Origin: a virus
Strand: one strand, 5' to 3'
Length of the DNA stretch: 64,000 nucleotides
Virus record (IMG/VR): IMGVR_UViG_3300033148_006964
Coordinates: 116,927-180,926 of that record
The notes under the pieces are model-generated. The model was not told the origin of the DNA. It made no database searches and was given only the letters and a program-made list of their open reading frames with translations. A program made the position numbers and the translations under genes. Of this stretch, positions 19,117 to 30,301 are shown piece after piece; positions within the stretch are counted from its first letter, which is position 1; every line of letters begins with the position of its first letter.

Positions 19117-19842
19117 TTAAAATTCGTCATCCTTAATAACTTTTTCATCTTTACATTTGTTAAAAAGGATCTCAAGACAGTCGGTTTGTTTTACCAGGTT
19201 TAAATGGTTTTTACGGTGTTCATCATAAGCTTTTATAATAGCTTCTTTAATTTTAGATGGAATTCTAGGAACATTTATATATTGTTTAGTTGCTTCAAGA
19301 TCCAGGTTATGTCGTTCTATATTAAAAACAATAGATCTTATAGTATCTTCCACTACATCAGGTGGCACTAATGTATATGCGTGAATAGTATGTACTATAG
19401 ACATTATTAGATCTAAGTTTCTTCTGGATGTTTTTATTTTTATATCCGTTCCACGATAATCAATAACAATATCTTCAAATTCTTCTGCAATACTGTGACC
19501 ATTTCTTACATAATGATCTGTGGCTTGGTTATTATAAACATTTAAAAAGTTAGTTGAAGAACTTCCATCTGAATTATCAATACCATAATTAGCATTATTT
19601 ACATATTCTGCAAAATTATTATTTACATAAGCCGATGGCGGTTCATATGTACGTCCATTATTATTTCCATAATGATCATTCCAATTTTGTTGTATATCGA
19701 AAGGTACTTCCCCTAAAGTAGGAAGTAATTTATTAACTGCTGATTTTTTCGATCCACCTATATAATAAACATCATTTTCATGACGACCACCATCACTATC
19801 TAAGTTATTATTACGTTCTTCATTCAAAAGTCTCACCTCCAA
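19117..19842 (-). CDS. Tandem paralog, constant ends and variable middle
   Basis: MEVRLLNEERNNNLD ... AYDEH..NHLNLVKQTDCLEILF. Confidence 0.7.
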   Translation of the reverse strand: MEVRLLNEERNNNLDSDGGRHENDVYYIGGSKKSAVNKLLPTLGEVPFDIQQNWNDHYGNNNGRTYEPPSAYVNNNFAEYVNNANYGIDNSDGSSSTNFLNVYNNQATDHYVRNGHSIAEEFEDIVIDYRGTDIKIKTSRRNLDLIMSIVHTIHAYTLVPPDVVEDTIRSIVFNIERHNLDLEATKQYINVPRIPSKIKEAIIKAYDEHRKNHLNLVKQTDCLEILFNKCKDEKVIKDDEF

Positions 19843-19855
19843 TTAATTATATAAG

Positions 19856-20374
19856 TTAGCCATCTTTAATAATCTTCTTCTTTTTATATTCATCAAAAAG
19901 GATCTCAAGACAGTCGGTTTGTTTTACCAAATTTAAATGATTATTACAATGTTCATTGTAAGCTTCTATAATAACTTCTTTAATTTCAGGTGAAACACAT
20001 GATTCTGACATTAAAGTATATTTATTATTAAGTTTATTTATTATATCTTCATAAGGAGCACAAACTTTTATATTATGTTTACCTATACAAAATATAAGAC
20101 AATTTATAATTTGTCTTTTTCTATCTATTGGCATTAAATCATGTATACAAATAATATCTAATATGGATTCTAATAATTCTTTGTCTTTTTTAGGCATATT
20201 TATAATAATATCTTCATTATTACATTCAAAATAAAATGTTTCATTCATAGTATAAGTATCGAGATGTCTATTATAATTTAATAAACCAGGCACTATGGTT
20301 TCTTCACTATTATAATAATTTTCATTGTTATCTAAGTTATTATTACGTTCTTCATTCAAATATCTCACCTCCAA
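19856..20374 (-). CDS. Tandem paralog, constant ends and variable middle
   Basis: MEVRYLNEERNNNLD ... AYNEHCNNHLNLVKQTDCLEILF. Confidence 0.7.
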   Translation of the reverse strand: MEVRYLNEERNNNLDNNENYYNSEETIVPGLLNYNRHLDTYTMNETFYFECNNEDIIINMPKKDKELLESILDIICIHDLMPIDRKRQIINCLIFCIGKHNIKVCAPYEDIINKLNNKYTLMSESCVSPEIKEVIIEAYNEHCNNHLNLVKQTDCLEILFDEYKKKKIIKDG

Positions 20375-20437
20375 TTAATTATATAAGTTTAAGTTAAAAT
20401 GGCTCCCCTAACTAACATATTTTTGGCCAAGGAACCA

Positions 20438-21037
20438 TTAAGTCACATCATCTGTTATAAATTTTCTATCTTTACACTCACTAAAAAGAACTTCAAGACA
20501 ATCAGTTTGCTTTACCAGATTTAAATGGTTATTACAGTGTTCTTTGTAGGCATCTTGAAAGATCTCTTTAGTTTTACTGGAAATGGTTACAGAACTCAGA
20601 TCTCTGGTTGATTCTATTTCATTACGAATTTCTGTTATTTTATTTATATGAATTATTTCTAAATTTTCCTGGAGTATTGATAAATGTGAATCTATTTCTG
20701 TTGCTATACATATAAATATATCTTCTAAGGATTTTTCTCCTATTTTTTCAACATCTTTTTCGTCTAAAACTCTTATCATCCTTTCTAATATCATACAAGT
20801 ACAATCAGATATATTAGGTATTCTGATAGTTACCCCATAATACTTAACATGAAAATTACGAAGTGTGTTATTTATTCCTTCTCTATGATTTTGTTGTGCT
20901 GCTATTCTATCAATAGTTGATATTTGTTCAACAGTTGGTGGTTCATCCCTAATAGGTTCTTCTGGTGTCGTTGGTATTTCGGCATTAAGATGTTGTATTG
21001 TTTCTGCCATTAGGTTAATTGGTGTACGTTCATTCAT
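20438..21037 (-). CDS. Tandem paralog sharing the C-terminal motif
   Basis: AYKEHCNNHLNLVKQTDCLEVLF. Confidence 0.7.
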   Translation of the reverse strand: MNERTPINLMAETIQHLNAEIPTTPEEPIRDEPPTVEQISTIDRIAAQQNHREGINNTLRNFHVKYYGVTIRIPNISDCTCMILERMIRVLDEKDVEKIGEKSLEDIFICIATEIDSHLSILQENLEIIHINKITEIRNEIESTRDLSSVTISSKTKEIFQDAYKEHCNNHLNLVKQTDCLEVLFSECKDRKFITDDVT

Positions 21038-22294
21038 AAAAATTGTGTAAGGAAACCACCACGCTTGTCGTGGTGGAGGAATTACACCTTTTCCTTTCTT
21101 TTAAATTAATATTTGACATCTTCAATACTTTAATATATATTATATACATATGAAAACTATTAGAACAATGAAAATAAAAATATCTGGTCAACATAAAGCT
21201 GATACCATCTTAGTTAACTGGTTATCTGCAGCTAATTGGTTGTCCAGTATTGTTTATAAAGTTAAAGATGTTAATTCAAATAGACTTCATAAAGCATATT
21301 ATCATATTGTTAGAGAAAAGTTTAATTTGCCATCACAGCTTACATGTACATTGTTTAGAACAATATCTGCAACCTATAAAACACAGAGATCGTCTAAGCA
21401 ATGGAATCTTGCAAATTATAAACGTAAGACCATACCAATTGTTTGGAAAAGAGATTTTTCAATTACAAAAAAAGGTGTAACATTATGGTCAGATATAATT
21501 AAATTAAATGATCCAAGAAAAATTTCAGATCATTGGAAAGATTCAAAATTATTATTTGTTAAAAAACAATGGTATTTAATCCTTTCTTATGAAATTGAAA
21601 TTCCAGATAATAAAAAGACTGGAACCATAGTTGGTGTTGACCAAGGTATTAAGAGAATCTTTGTAGCATCTGATTCTAATAACAATAAACTTTTTTATAA
21701 AGCAAATCATTTAAATCATAAAATTTCTAGTATACAAAAAACCAGGTCTAAAATACAAGCGGTTGGATCTCGATCTGCAAAAAGGCTTCTGAAAAGAATG
21801 TCTAACCATCAAGCTTCCGTAACCGAATATGCTATACATATTGCTTCTAAAAGACTTGTAGAATGGGCTGATTCTGTTGGTGCTAGAAAAATAGTGGTTG
21901 AAGATTTGTCAAATATAAGATTCGCAGGAAAAAATAAGGGGAAACAGTTACGTAGTAAATTAAATAAATGGTCTTATGGTATGTTTACATTTTGTACAAC
22001 ATATAAGGCTGCAGTTAAAGGTATTGCTGTTGAAACTGTATCTCCCAGAAACACATCCAGGATGTGTAATAAATGCGGTCATATTGATGAATCTAATAGG
22101 CATGGTTTAAAATTTAACTGTCGTGCCTGCGGATATACGGCAGACGCAGATTGGAACGCTAGCAAGAATATTGCTAGTCGTTACATATCCATTGAGTTAA
22201 ACTCAAGGGATAAGGGGAGCCATAAATCCCCCAAAAAACGAGTTGTCAGTTAGCTACGTTTAAAACCTCTCCCCTTGTGGGAGAGGTAATTTAT
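21038..22294 (+). mobile_element. Non-autonomous IS200/IS605 (tnpB-only) element
   Basis: Left hairpin GAAA-CCACCACG cttgt CGTGGTGG preceded by TCAT (21034-21037). Right hairpin AAAA-CCTCTCCC cttgt GGGAGAGG ending TTAT at 22294. The guide/cleavage tetranucleotides fit the IS608-type pairing rule. Confidence 0.8.
21150..22253 (+). CDS. tnpB: TnpB RNA-guided endonuclease
   Basis: RuvC GVDQG / VEDL / DADWNA; CNKC..CRAC. Confidence 0.92.
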   Translation: MKTIRTMKIKISGQHKADTILVNWLSAANWLSSIVYKVKDVNSNRLHKAYYHIVREKFNLPSQLTCTLFRTISATYKTQRSSKQWNLANYKRKTIPIVWKRDFSITKKGVTLWSDIIKLNDPRKISDHWKDSKLLFVKKQWYLILSYEIEIPDNKKTGTIVGVDQGIKRIFVASDSNNNKLFYKANHLNHKISSIQKTRSKIQAVGSRSAKRLLKRMSNHQASVTEYAIHIASKRLVEWADSVGARKIVVEDLSNIRFAGKNKGKQLRSKLNKWSYGMFTFCTTYKAAVKGIAVETVSPRNTSRMCNKCGHIDESNRHGLKFNCRACGYTADADWNASKNIASRYISIELNSRDKGSHKSPKKRVVS

Positions 22295-22341
22295 GCCCTA
22301 ATTGTCCTTTAATAATTTTAATTAAAATTTTAATTGTTATT

Positions 22342-23172
22342 TTATTGCCTTAAGTCAGGTAAGTTTAAGCCATCTTCAATAGACTTATCATTATCTTTAT
22401 CATTTACTGATTTTTTAAAGGTCCAAATTTGTTCTGCAACATTTGCTATATTTTCATCACTTATCATAACTTCTTGTTCAGATATATTATATAATGGCAT
22501 AACTGGAGGGCCACCTATAATAAAATTAGCAATAATTATTTTAAACCTTTTAAACTTATGATAATTAAATAATCCTTCAAGTTGTAGTTTCTCAGTTAAC
22601 TTCGTTGTAATTTCATCAACATAATCAAAAAACATTTCATATGAAATAAAACTCATTGGATCTTTTACATTATCTAATTCTTTTATAATAATATCCACTG
22701 CAGTTTTAAATTCACTTATCTTAGCAAAATATTGAAGATAACTTTTAGGAACAACTTCTGGAGATACTTTGAAAATTTGTAACAAAGATGCTTCTGTATT
22801 TTTAATATCAGGAACTTCTTCTAATAATGTATCAATAACAATTTTCTTACATACTATATATACAGGCCACAATAATATATCATTTGTCATTATACAAAAA
22901 CAAAGATGATATATAACTTCCATTCTAAACGTATCATTTTCTAACATTTCAGGTTTATATTCTAAACCATGCATAAAAGAATAAGCTAGATATGGTTCGA
23001 GCGCTTTCATTATTTTTTCTGAATCTACATTAATCTTTTGAGTAAGTTTGTTTGTTAATTTATATAATACTTCCTGGTGATCTCTTACTACATCATATAA
23101 AATTGGCGCATGAGCTTGAATATCTTCTTCATTAATATCAAATTCAATACCATTTCTGATACTTTCTGACAT
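22342..23172 (-). CDS. Hypothetical protein
   Basis: 276-aa ORF with AGGAG RBS. Confidence 0.6.
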   Translation of the reverse strand: MSESIRNGIEFDINEEDIQAHAPILYDVVRDHQEVLYKLTNKLTQKINVDSEKIMKALEPYLAYSFMHGLEYKPEMLENDTFRMEVIYHLCFCIMTNDILLWPVYIVCKKIVIDTLLEEVPDIKNTEASLLQIFKVSPEVVPKSYLQYFAKISEFKTAVDIIIKELDNVKDPMSFISYEMFFDYVDEITTKLTEKLQLEGLFNYHKFKRFKIIIANFIIGGPPVMPLYNISEQEVMISDENIANVAEQIWTFKKSVNDKDNDKSIEDGLNLPDLRQ

Positions 23173-23191
23173 ACTAAACTCCTAAAAATAG

Positions 23192-23405
23192 TGTTTACAA
23201 AGTGACCACTTATAAGTCACTTTTTTGAAATTAATTATGTACGTTAAGCGTTTAAATAAAAATAAGCCCTAAAATAAGGAGTCATCTTGTAAACAACCGT
23301 TTTGTTTACATGTGGTTCCTGAAAAAAGGGGCTTAGCTCATTTTTGCTCATTTTTCTCTCTTTTTTGTTGATAAAAGTGACTTATAAGTAGTCATTTTGT
23401 AAACA
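23192..23405. repeat. 33-bp inverted repeat pair flanking a ~150-bp spacer
   Basis: 23192-23224 vs 23373-23405, 31/33 complementary. Confidence 0.85.
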
Positions 23406-24052
23406 AAAATAAGATCTCTAAGTTATTGATATTATTATAGTTAAAAATTGGCATGATTTTTGCTTATACTATATAATATATATATATAACTATACATATA
23501 ACAATAACTTATATATATATATTTACCTTATATAGTAGTAGTATGGACACTACGATGTATAGAAATTGCTTTATATTTTTCAGAAAATAATTAAGGGTTT
23601 TAAAAGGGGTGTTTGTGTGTACGGGGGGTAGACACATGTTTTCACAGGAGCTGGAGTGTCCATTCAGCTTTTGTGCCATATTTCACATATTTCATGGCCA
23701 GATATCACATGTCCCTTTTAAACAGCTAAAATCATTTTAAGATTTGTTTTGTTTAAGAATTTCCACTTTTTGCTGATTCTAATGCTAAACTTGCTTCTGC
23801 AAGTGAAAGTTCTAAATTATCATAATTAAACTCTTCTATCTTAAATAAGTCCCGTGGGTTTTTCATTTTTAAGATCTCTGGATGTTTTGGTATTAAATTA
23901 CTAATGCGTTTAACTAAAGTATCACAAGTGTCTTGGTAGTTCATATTAAATTCCTTTGTTTATTTTAAAATTACATTGATATTTTTAATTTATATATACC
24001 AATCTTATATAAGATTGACTTCATTAAAAATATATTTAATATCTACATAATA

Positions 24053-24081
24053 GTTATACCAAATAAATCCAAATAATAACA
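24053..24081 (-). promoter_or_regulatory. Repeated phage promoter/operator motif
   Basis: TGTTAT-N14-TGG-TATAAC. Confidence 0.7.
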
Positions 24082-24142
24082 ATAGATAAAAAAAAGATAA
24101 GTTTAAGTTATATTACTTTGTTTATAATATAATGTAAAAGAA

Positions 24143-24231
24143 AGGCTAAAGTCGTGATGTAATAGAAATTATTACATCAAAAGGTTGAAAGGACCCATAA
24201 AATGGGGAAAGACCTTTTTTGACTTTAGCCT
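24143..24231 (+). ncRNA. Candidate structured small RNA
   Basis: 11-bp closing stem AGGCTAAAGTC/GACTTTAGCCT with two internal hairpins; TATAAT at 24128-24133; motif shared with 38659..38784. Confidence 0.45.
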
Positions 24232-24556
24232 GATAATAAAGTATAACTTTAGATAAGTTATTATAAAGTACAGGAGATAAAACAAATTTAAATAATAAAC
24301 TTAAACTTGATTATTTTATTATTGTTGATATCTCACATTCTTTAAGTTTTAAAACTTTTGTTTTTTTCAAAGTCTTTACTACAATAGCAAGATCTTGAAT
24401 AATATTAAGTAGTTGATGTTCTTTAGCACTAAAATGAAGTTCGTCGCTATTAAGTTTAATTATTTGATCTAAATTATAAAGCATAATATTTATCCTTTAA
24501 CCTAATGTTATAATAGATATTAATTATTGTACTTACGTTCATTGTTATTTCCTTTC

Positions 24557-25678
24557 TTATTTATTTTCTAACCAGGTTATTCTAGGACATGCAGGATCTA
24601 GTTCACGAAGTTCAGTATATATAGCCTTTAGATTTTTAAACATAGTGTATAATTCTGGTTTAATATGTTTTGTTAATTGTATATTACTATTAAAAATACT
24701 ATGCATTTTCTTATATTTTACATAGATCCTTTTAAATTTCCTTTTTAAGAAGAATTTTTTAATCATCTCCTATTCCTTTCATTTCAGCAGATAATTTAAA
24801 ACCTTTTAGTTTAATTTGGTTATTATCAAAATCTTTAGTATTATTAGGAAATTGTGATGTTGAACAAATAATAGAAATAATCTCAGTTTTTAAATCAAAA
24901 CTAAATGATTTAACACGGCCAATTGGTGAACCATTAATTATAATAACTAAATTATTACCTAATAAATAAAGCGAGGTACGTTCTGATTTAATACTAATAT
25001 TATTACTAAGATTCATATCAATAGTAACTATATCTTTATCTTCTAAATTATAGAAGAAAAATCTACCACTTGTTTTTTCTTTAAAACATATAGTTATATT
25101 GTTATCTTTATATATGTCTACGTTTAAAGAAAAGTTTTCAATATCATCTTCTACTTTTACACCATTTTTAAAAACAACTATTTCGTCATTTTCTTTTTTA
25201 ATGATTTTGCATTCCATATTAATTTCCTTTCTTATATTCTTCTTGTAAAATTTCTTCGTCTATTTTTTTAATGCATTTTTCCTTTTCTTGAGGACTCCAA
25301 AACATATCTTCAGCACCAAGTTCTGCTCTAGCCCTTTCTTTGTGTAACTCAGACAATTTGGTGTTCATCGGTTATTCTCTCCTTTTTGCTTTAGTTCTTT
25401 AGAATCTTAGTATATCTAGCCATTTCATTTGAAAACATATCGCCTTCTTTACCACTTGTAATCTCACCTTGTTTGGTAAATTCTATTTTATGGTATTCAA
25501 ATAGATAACCATTAATATCGTTAAACATTATCATAGATGTAGTAATCAAAACCGCTAATGTGAGACCCATTCCCATAACTACTACACAAATATTTTTATT
25601 AGTTATAGTGGCGGACTTTAAATACCATATAAATCCTAAAGTAAAAATTATTATGCTAAGTATTAATATTAGAATCAT
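24557..25678 (-). other. Short hypothetical ORFs (24557, 24759, 25391)
   Basis: Co-directional and overlapping; 25391..25678 has two hydrophobic segments. Confidence 0.5.
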
Positions 25679-25681
25679 TTG

Positions 25682-26233
25682 TTACTCCTTATTATTGATA
25701 AATGGTTTTAAAAATGTTTGTGACTTAATCCATCTTTTTCTATTAAGACAAAAAACTTTCTCCACTGATTGAATAATCAAATAAGAATGAGTTGAAATAA
25801 TAACTTGGCATCCATTATTTATTGCATCATCAAATACCTTAAGTAATTTCACTTGGTTTTTAAGAGATAATCCTGCTTCTGGTTCATCAATAAAGATAAC
25901 CTTATTCTTTTCAGTTTTAAGGTGTTCGAGTATAGGAAACATAGCTTCACCATGAGAAGAAAACCTCATCATAATATCTTGAGTATAAGATTCGTCCCTA
26001 GGCTGATTTACTCTTGGATTATTTTTTTCAGTATCAAAGAACAAAAATTGAGGTTTTCCAGAATAATTAATAGAGCAAATATTCTTATAAACGTTACTAT
26101 GAATTAATAATTCAAGTATAGTTGATTTGCCAGAACCATTTTCTCCAACAATAACAGATAGACCTTTATTAAAATCAATTTTAAATGGAGAAATTTTTCT
26201 ATGTTTCTTTGTGAGTTGAAATGAATTAAGCAT
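25682..26233 (-). CDS. ABC-type ATPase (AAA_21-like)
   Basis: Walker A GENGSGKST, signature SHGE, Walker B IFIDEPE, H-loop STHS. Confidence 0.85.
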   Translation of the reverse strand: MLNSFQLTKKHRKISPFKIDFNKGLSVIVGENGSGKSTILELLIHSNVYKNICSINYSGKPQFLFFDTEKNNPRVNQPRDESYTQDIMMRFSSHGEAMFPILEHLKTEKNKVIFIDEPEAGLSLKNQVKLLKVFDDAINNGCQVIISTHSYLIIQSVEKVFCLNRKRWIKSQTFLKPFINNKE

Positions 26234-26844
26234 AATTTCTCCTTTCTTTTAATATGATATTATGCATTTTTTAAAATCTTTAATTTGATAATTCTATTGT
26301 GCCATCGAAATTTTCAAACATATCAGAACACCAATCTTCTTCGTAAGTTCCAACATGTAATAACTTTTTTTTAGGTTCTACATATACAACAATGCCCTTT
26401 AAAAAGTTATTGTTTTTATGAATAGCTAATATAATTAATGAACTAGTTTTTTTTATCATTAATTTAGGGAATTTATCTTCTTTGTTTTTGTTTTCTTTAA
26501 TAACAGATTTCATAATTACTTCTTTCTTTTAATATTATGTTGTGTATTTTTTTTAAATAAATTTAAAGTTATTTAATACATATATATACAGACAGTATCT
26601 AATATATTAATATTATTATAAGGCCATAACTTATTACATGATGTTTGAGTAAACCATCTATTTAATGGATCTCTTGCATTTATTTCCATGCATTTTTCTG
26701 GATCACATAGATTATCTACTATTTTATTATATGAGTCTTTATTTATTAGATTAGCGTGTATTTCATTACCATTTTCTTGATATAATATTAGATATCCTTC
26801 ACTTATTTTTTTGTGTTTACACATAATATTTCCTTAAATTAATA

Positions 26845-28000
26845 TTAACCTTTAATAACCCCAAGAGGTGATAGTTCTATAACTATATTAATTAGATCAC
26901 TTTGGTTTTGCATAACTTTCTGAATATCTTTGTATGCTCCAGGTGCTTCGTCAAGATCACTTTTATGTCTAACAGAATGAATAATGTTTTGTTGATTTAA
27001 TAAGTCTTTTTCATTAGCAAGTGATAATTCTTCTTTTGCTTGATTACGACTCATCTTACGACCGGCACCGTGAGAACATGACATAAAAGACTCTGGGTTA
27101 CTTTTTCCAGACACAATATAACTCTTAGTTCCTTGAGATCCTGGTATAATACCGATTTGATCTTTTCTGGCAGAAATTGCTCCCTTACGATGAACAATTA
27201 CATTTTCTCCAAAATGATGTTCTAATACAGCATAGTTATGGTGAACATCTATAGCTTTATCAAAACTAATATTATTAATAACCTTAGCCATTGAATGTTT
27301 AATTACATCAATCATATGATATCTATTTGCTTTAGCAAATTGTAATACATAATTCATAGCATTTATATATTCATTTGCCTCTTGGGTATCAGTCGGAAGA
27401 AATGAAAGATCCTTGTTCGGTAATTCAGAAAACCATTTTTCACACAATATCTTTGCTTTTTTATGATATTCATTTGCAATTTTTAATCCAAAATTTCGAG
27501 AACCTGAATGTAGCATGATCCATATATAACCATCTGATCCACTTTGGATTTCAATAAAATGATTACCACCACCAAGAGTACCAAGTTGATATTCTGCACT
27601 ATTTAATTCTTGCGTAACAATATCTACTTCAGGGGCTTCATCAAAACCACTCCATAATTGTCTTTTTTTATGATGGTTAAAACCCATTGGGATTTTTCTT
27701 CTTATTTTCCCCATAATCTTTTTTAAAGATTCTTTTTCAATTGATTTTAAAGATGTTTTTATAGCACACATCCCACATCCAATATCAACACCAACAGCGT
27801 TTGGTATGATTGCACGTTTTGTAGCTAGAACGCCACCTATGGGCATACCGTACCCCTGGTGACAGTCTGGCATTATAGCTACCCATTTGAATACAAAAGG
27901 AAGATTAGCAAGATTACGGGCCTGTATCAAGGCCCCTTCTTCTATATCATCCAACCATAATTTTATCGGTTTTTTTTTCGTCTGTGATAACTTTATTCAT
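26845..28000 (-). CDS. rtcB: RtcB RNA ligase; the N-terminus is out of frame at an A9 run
   Basis: MPDCH.GYGMPIGG, PNAVGVDIGCG, LGTLGGGNHFIE, HSGSR, HHNY, HRKGA, IPGSQG, SCSHGAGR, DEAPGAYK. The ATG at 28000 joins the frame only if the run at 27970-27978 is A8. Confidence 0.93.
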
Positions 28001-28023
28001 TTTTATTTCCTTTCAATTAATTA

Positions 28024-29718
28024 TTATTCATGAGAAATGTCTATCCATATAGCCATAATAATTGGTATTATTACTAATATTAAACTTGATATTACAACAT
28101 AACCAGTTATAGACCAATCAACATCCCAAAAATACTGATGCCATTTCATAAGTATATCAGTGTACCATTTACAAACACAAATACTTATAAACGGAAATAT
28201 ATAAGCCATTAAACCAATTAAATACTTATTTTTGTGTTTCATTTTTAGCCTCTTTCATAGCAAATTTCCAGTTACTTATTATCCAATACACAAATTGTCT
28301 TGGCCATTTTATTATGATACAATGGATTAAGAATCCTATAGCAATAAAAAAAGATGTTGATGAAATACCAACACATATATAATCAGGTTTATTATTATCA
28401 AATCCTATAAAGATTTGAGGAAATATAATACTAATTAAAAATCCAATACCATAAAATATGCTGAGTAATAATAGTACACCACATACTATTGCAAATATAG
28501 ATATTAATATTTTAATTGTTTCTGGCATATTTGGTAATGTTAATTTTATATTTGCTTTTATTTCTTTGATTTTATTCTTTAAGAATATTTTTATTGCTTT
28601 TTTAATTATGTTATTCATGTTTTTTTCCTTTCAATTAATTGTTTTTTTTATTTTAATTTTTGTCCATTACAATCATATCTTTCAGTTGCTTGTTTTAACA
28701 TAGGAAGCCATGTAGCACAAATTTGAGTAGTAGGTTCAACAACATTTCCTTTACGAAAAGTTTTATTTATCTCATCTAAAATTTTTACAACTTCATCTAA
28801 ATTTTCTTTATCTGTTTTATTAGATTTTTCTAAAATATCTTCAGTAGTTCCATATAATATTAGATTTCGAATTGAATCATTCTTTTCTTTTAGTATTTTT
28901 TTTGCTTCTTTTAAAGATATATATTTACTTAATATTTTTAATTCAAGTTTATCTTGTTTTTTTATTGCTTTTGCACAAAGATCCATAAATTTAACTATTT
29001 CAGGATCTATTTTTATATTTTTATACTTATCAATTTCTCTTAATACAATTTTCTTATTCATATTTTTTTTCCTTTCAATTAATTATTATTTAAATAAGAG
29101 GAGGGCAAAGTTCATACTACTGTCACGTTTTGCCTCTGTCAACATAGTAGTTCATGCCCGGTATAATATCACTTATTTGATATATTGACCGCCCCCCGCT
29201 TTTATAATATTTTATCTATAAATACCAACCCGAGACAATTGAGAAAGACATTCTTCAACACCTGGGTTTTTCTCAAACATTTCAATAGTAGCATCAACCT
29301 CAGCCATTTGTTTGGCAAGATTTTCCTTTTTTTGAACCAATTGTTCCATAACACCCATTGGTTGTGCTTCACAAATTGCTCCGCTGGGTTTTTTTCTAAA
29401 TCATACATAAAAGTTCCTTTTGTTAAAATTAAAAGTGATTGGGAAAATGTGTTTTGTTATCGTTATTTTTAACATATAGTTTTTCTTTCATATAATGTCA
29501 TACTATTTTTTTGGACTAAGAGTAGATTTGATAAACATACTCGAAAGAAAACTTAAACACCAAGCCTGCCCCCATGTAATTTCAGGTAAATCCCAAATTG
29601 CGACAATAGTTGAATTCCAGCACCATTGGATTGGGAAAGCTAAAACTAAACCGAAAACTACAGTTATAACAATAGCACCTACGAATGCTATTATTATTGT
29701 CATTATATCATTATTCAT
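28024..29718 (-). other. Short hypothetical and membrane ORFs (28024, 28226, 28648, 29503)
   Basis: Co-directional; several with hydrophobic helices. Confidence 0.5.
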
Positions 29719-29857
29719 AAGACTAATCCCTTCAATTAAAATTAAATAGATAGGCGAAATATCTCACTTCGTTTACAGTGCTAATTAATCCGTTCCGATC
29801 ACGAGAGCAGAATACACTCTTCAACTAAATTTTTTCGTATTTCGCTCTGTTTTTTAT

Positions 29858-30301
29858 TTATGAACCAATGCTCAAATGAACAAATATTTTATTTTTTTCT
29901 TCTGTTATATTAATACCTTCTATTACCAGGTCTCCGATGTCATGCCCCCAAATACCATATTTACCATTAGTTGCGTTCCTATTAAAACATGAACCACGTT
30001 TGTTGATTGGTATTGTTTTTGTTTTAGTAGTTTCTTCTTCAGTTTTATAAATCTTTTGATATGTGTTTCTAATTGCTTCAACCAATTCTAATCTTGAAAA
30101 GTTTTTGTTATTCTTTGCTTTAATTTTAAAACTATAAGCCTTTTTTAATGGATAATGAACAATCAAAGTAATAACATTAGAATTAATAACAATTCCAGTT
30201 GCATCAATAAGATGTTTTAAACTGTTTTTTCCGGCAATATCAACCCACCAACCGTCTTTTTGTAATGTTCTATCAATTTTAATTGGTATTTCTTTATTCA
30301 T
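29858..30301 (-). CDS. Conserved hypothetical protein
   Basis: HYPL...FSR.EL...Y..IY..EE...NR..TNGKYGIWGHDIGDLV.EG pattern. Confidence 0.55.
   Translation of the reverse strand: MNKEIPIKIDRTLQKDGWWVDIAGKNSLKHLIDATGIVINSNVITLIVHYPLKKAYSFKIKAKNNKNFSRLELVEAIRNTYQKIYKTEEETTKTKTIPINKRGSCFNRNATNGKYGIWGHDIGDLVIEGINITEEKNKIFVHLSIGS

Noticed and set aside
23460-23535. TA microsatellite as an independent feature
   Set aside because: Irregular AT tract, better treated as part of the candidate origin region.
29202-29408. 68-aa ORF as called in the track
   Set aside because: A different minus frame (..MGVMEQLVQKKENLAKQMAEVDATIEMFEKNPGVEECLSQLSRVGIYR) looks more protein-like. A homopolymer slip near 29391-29397 is possible but could not be resolved.
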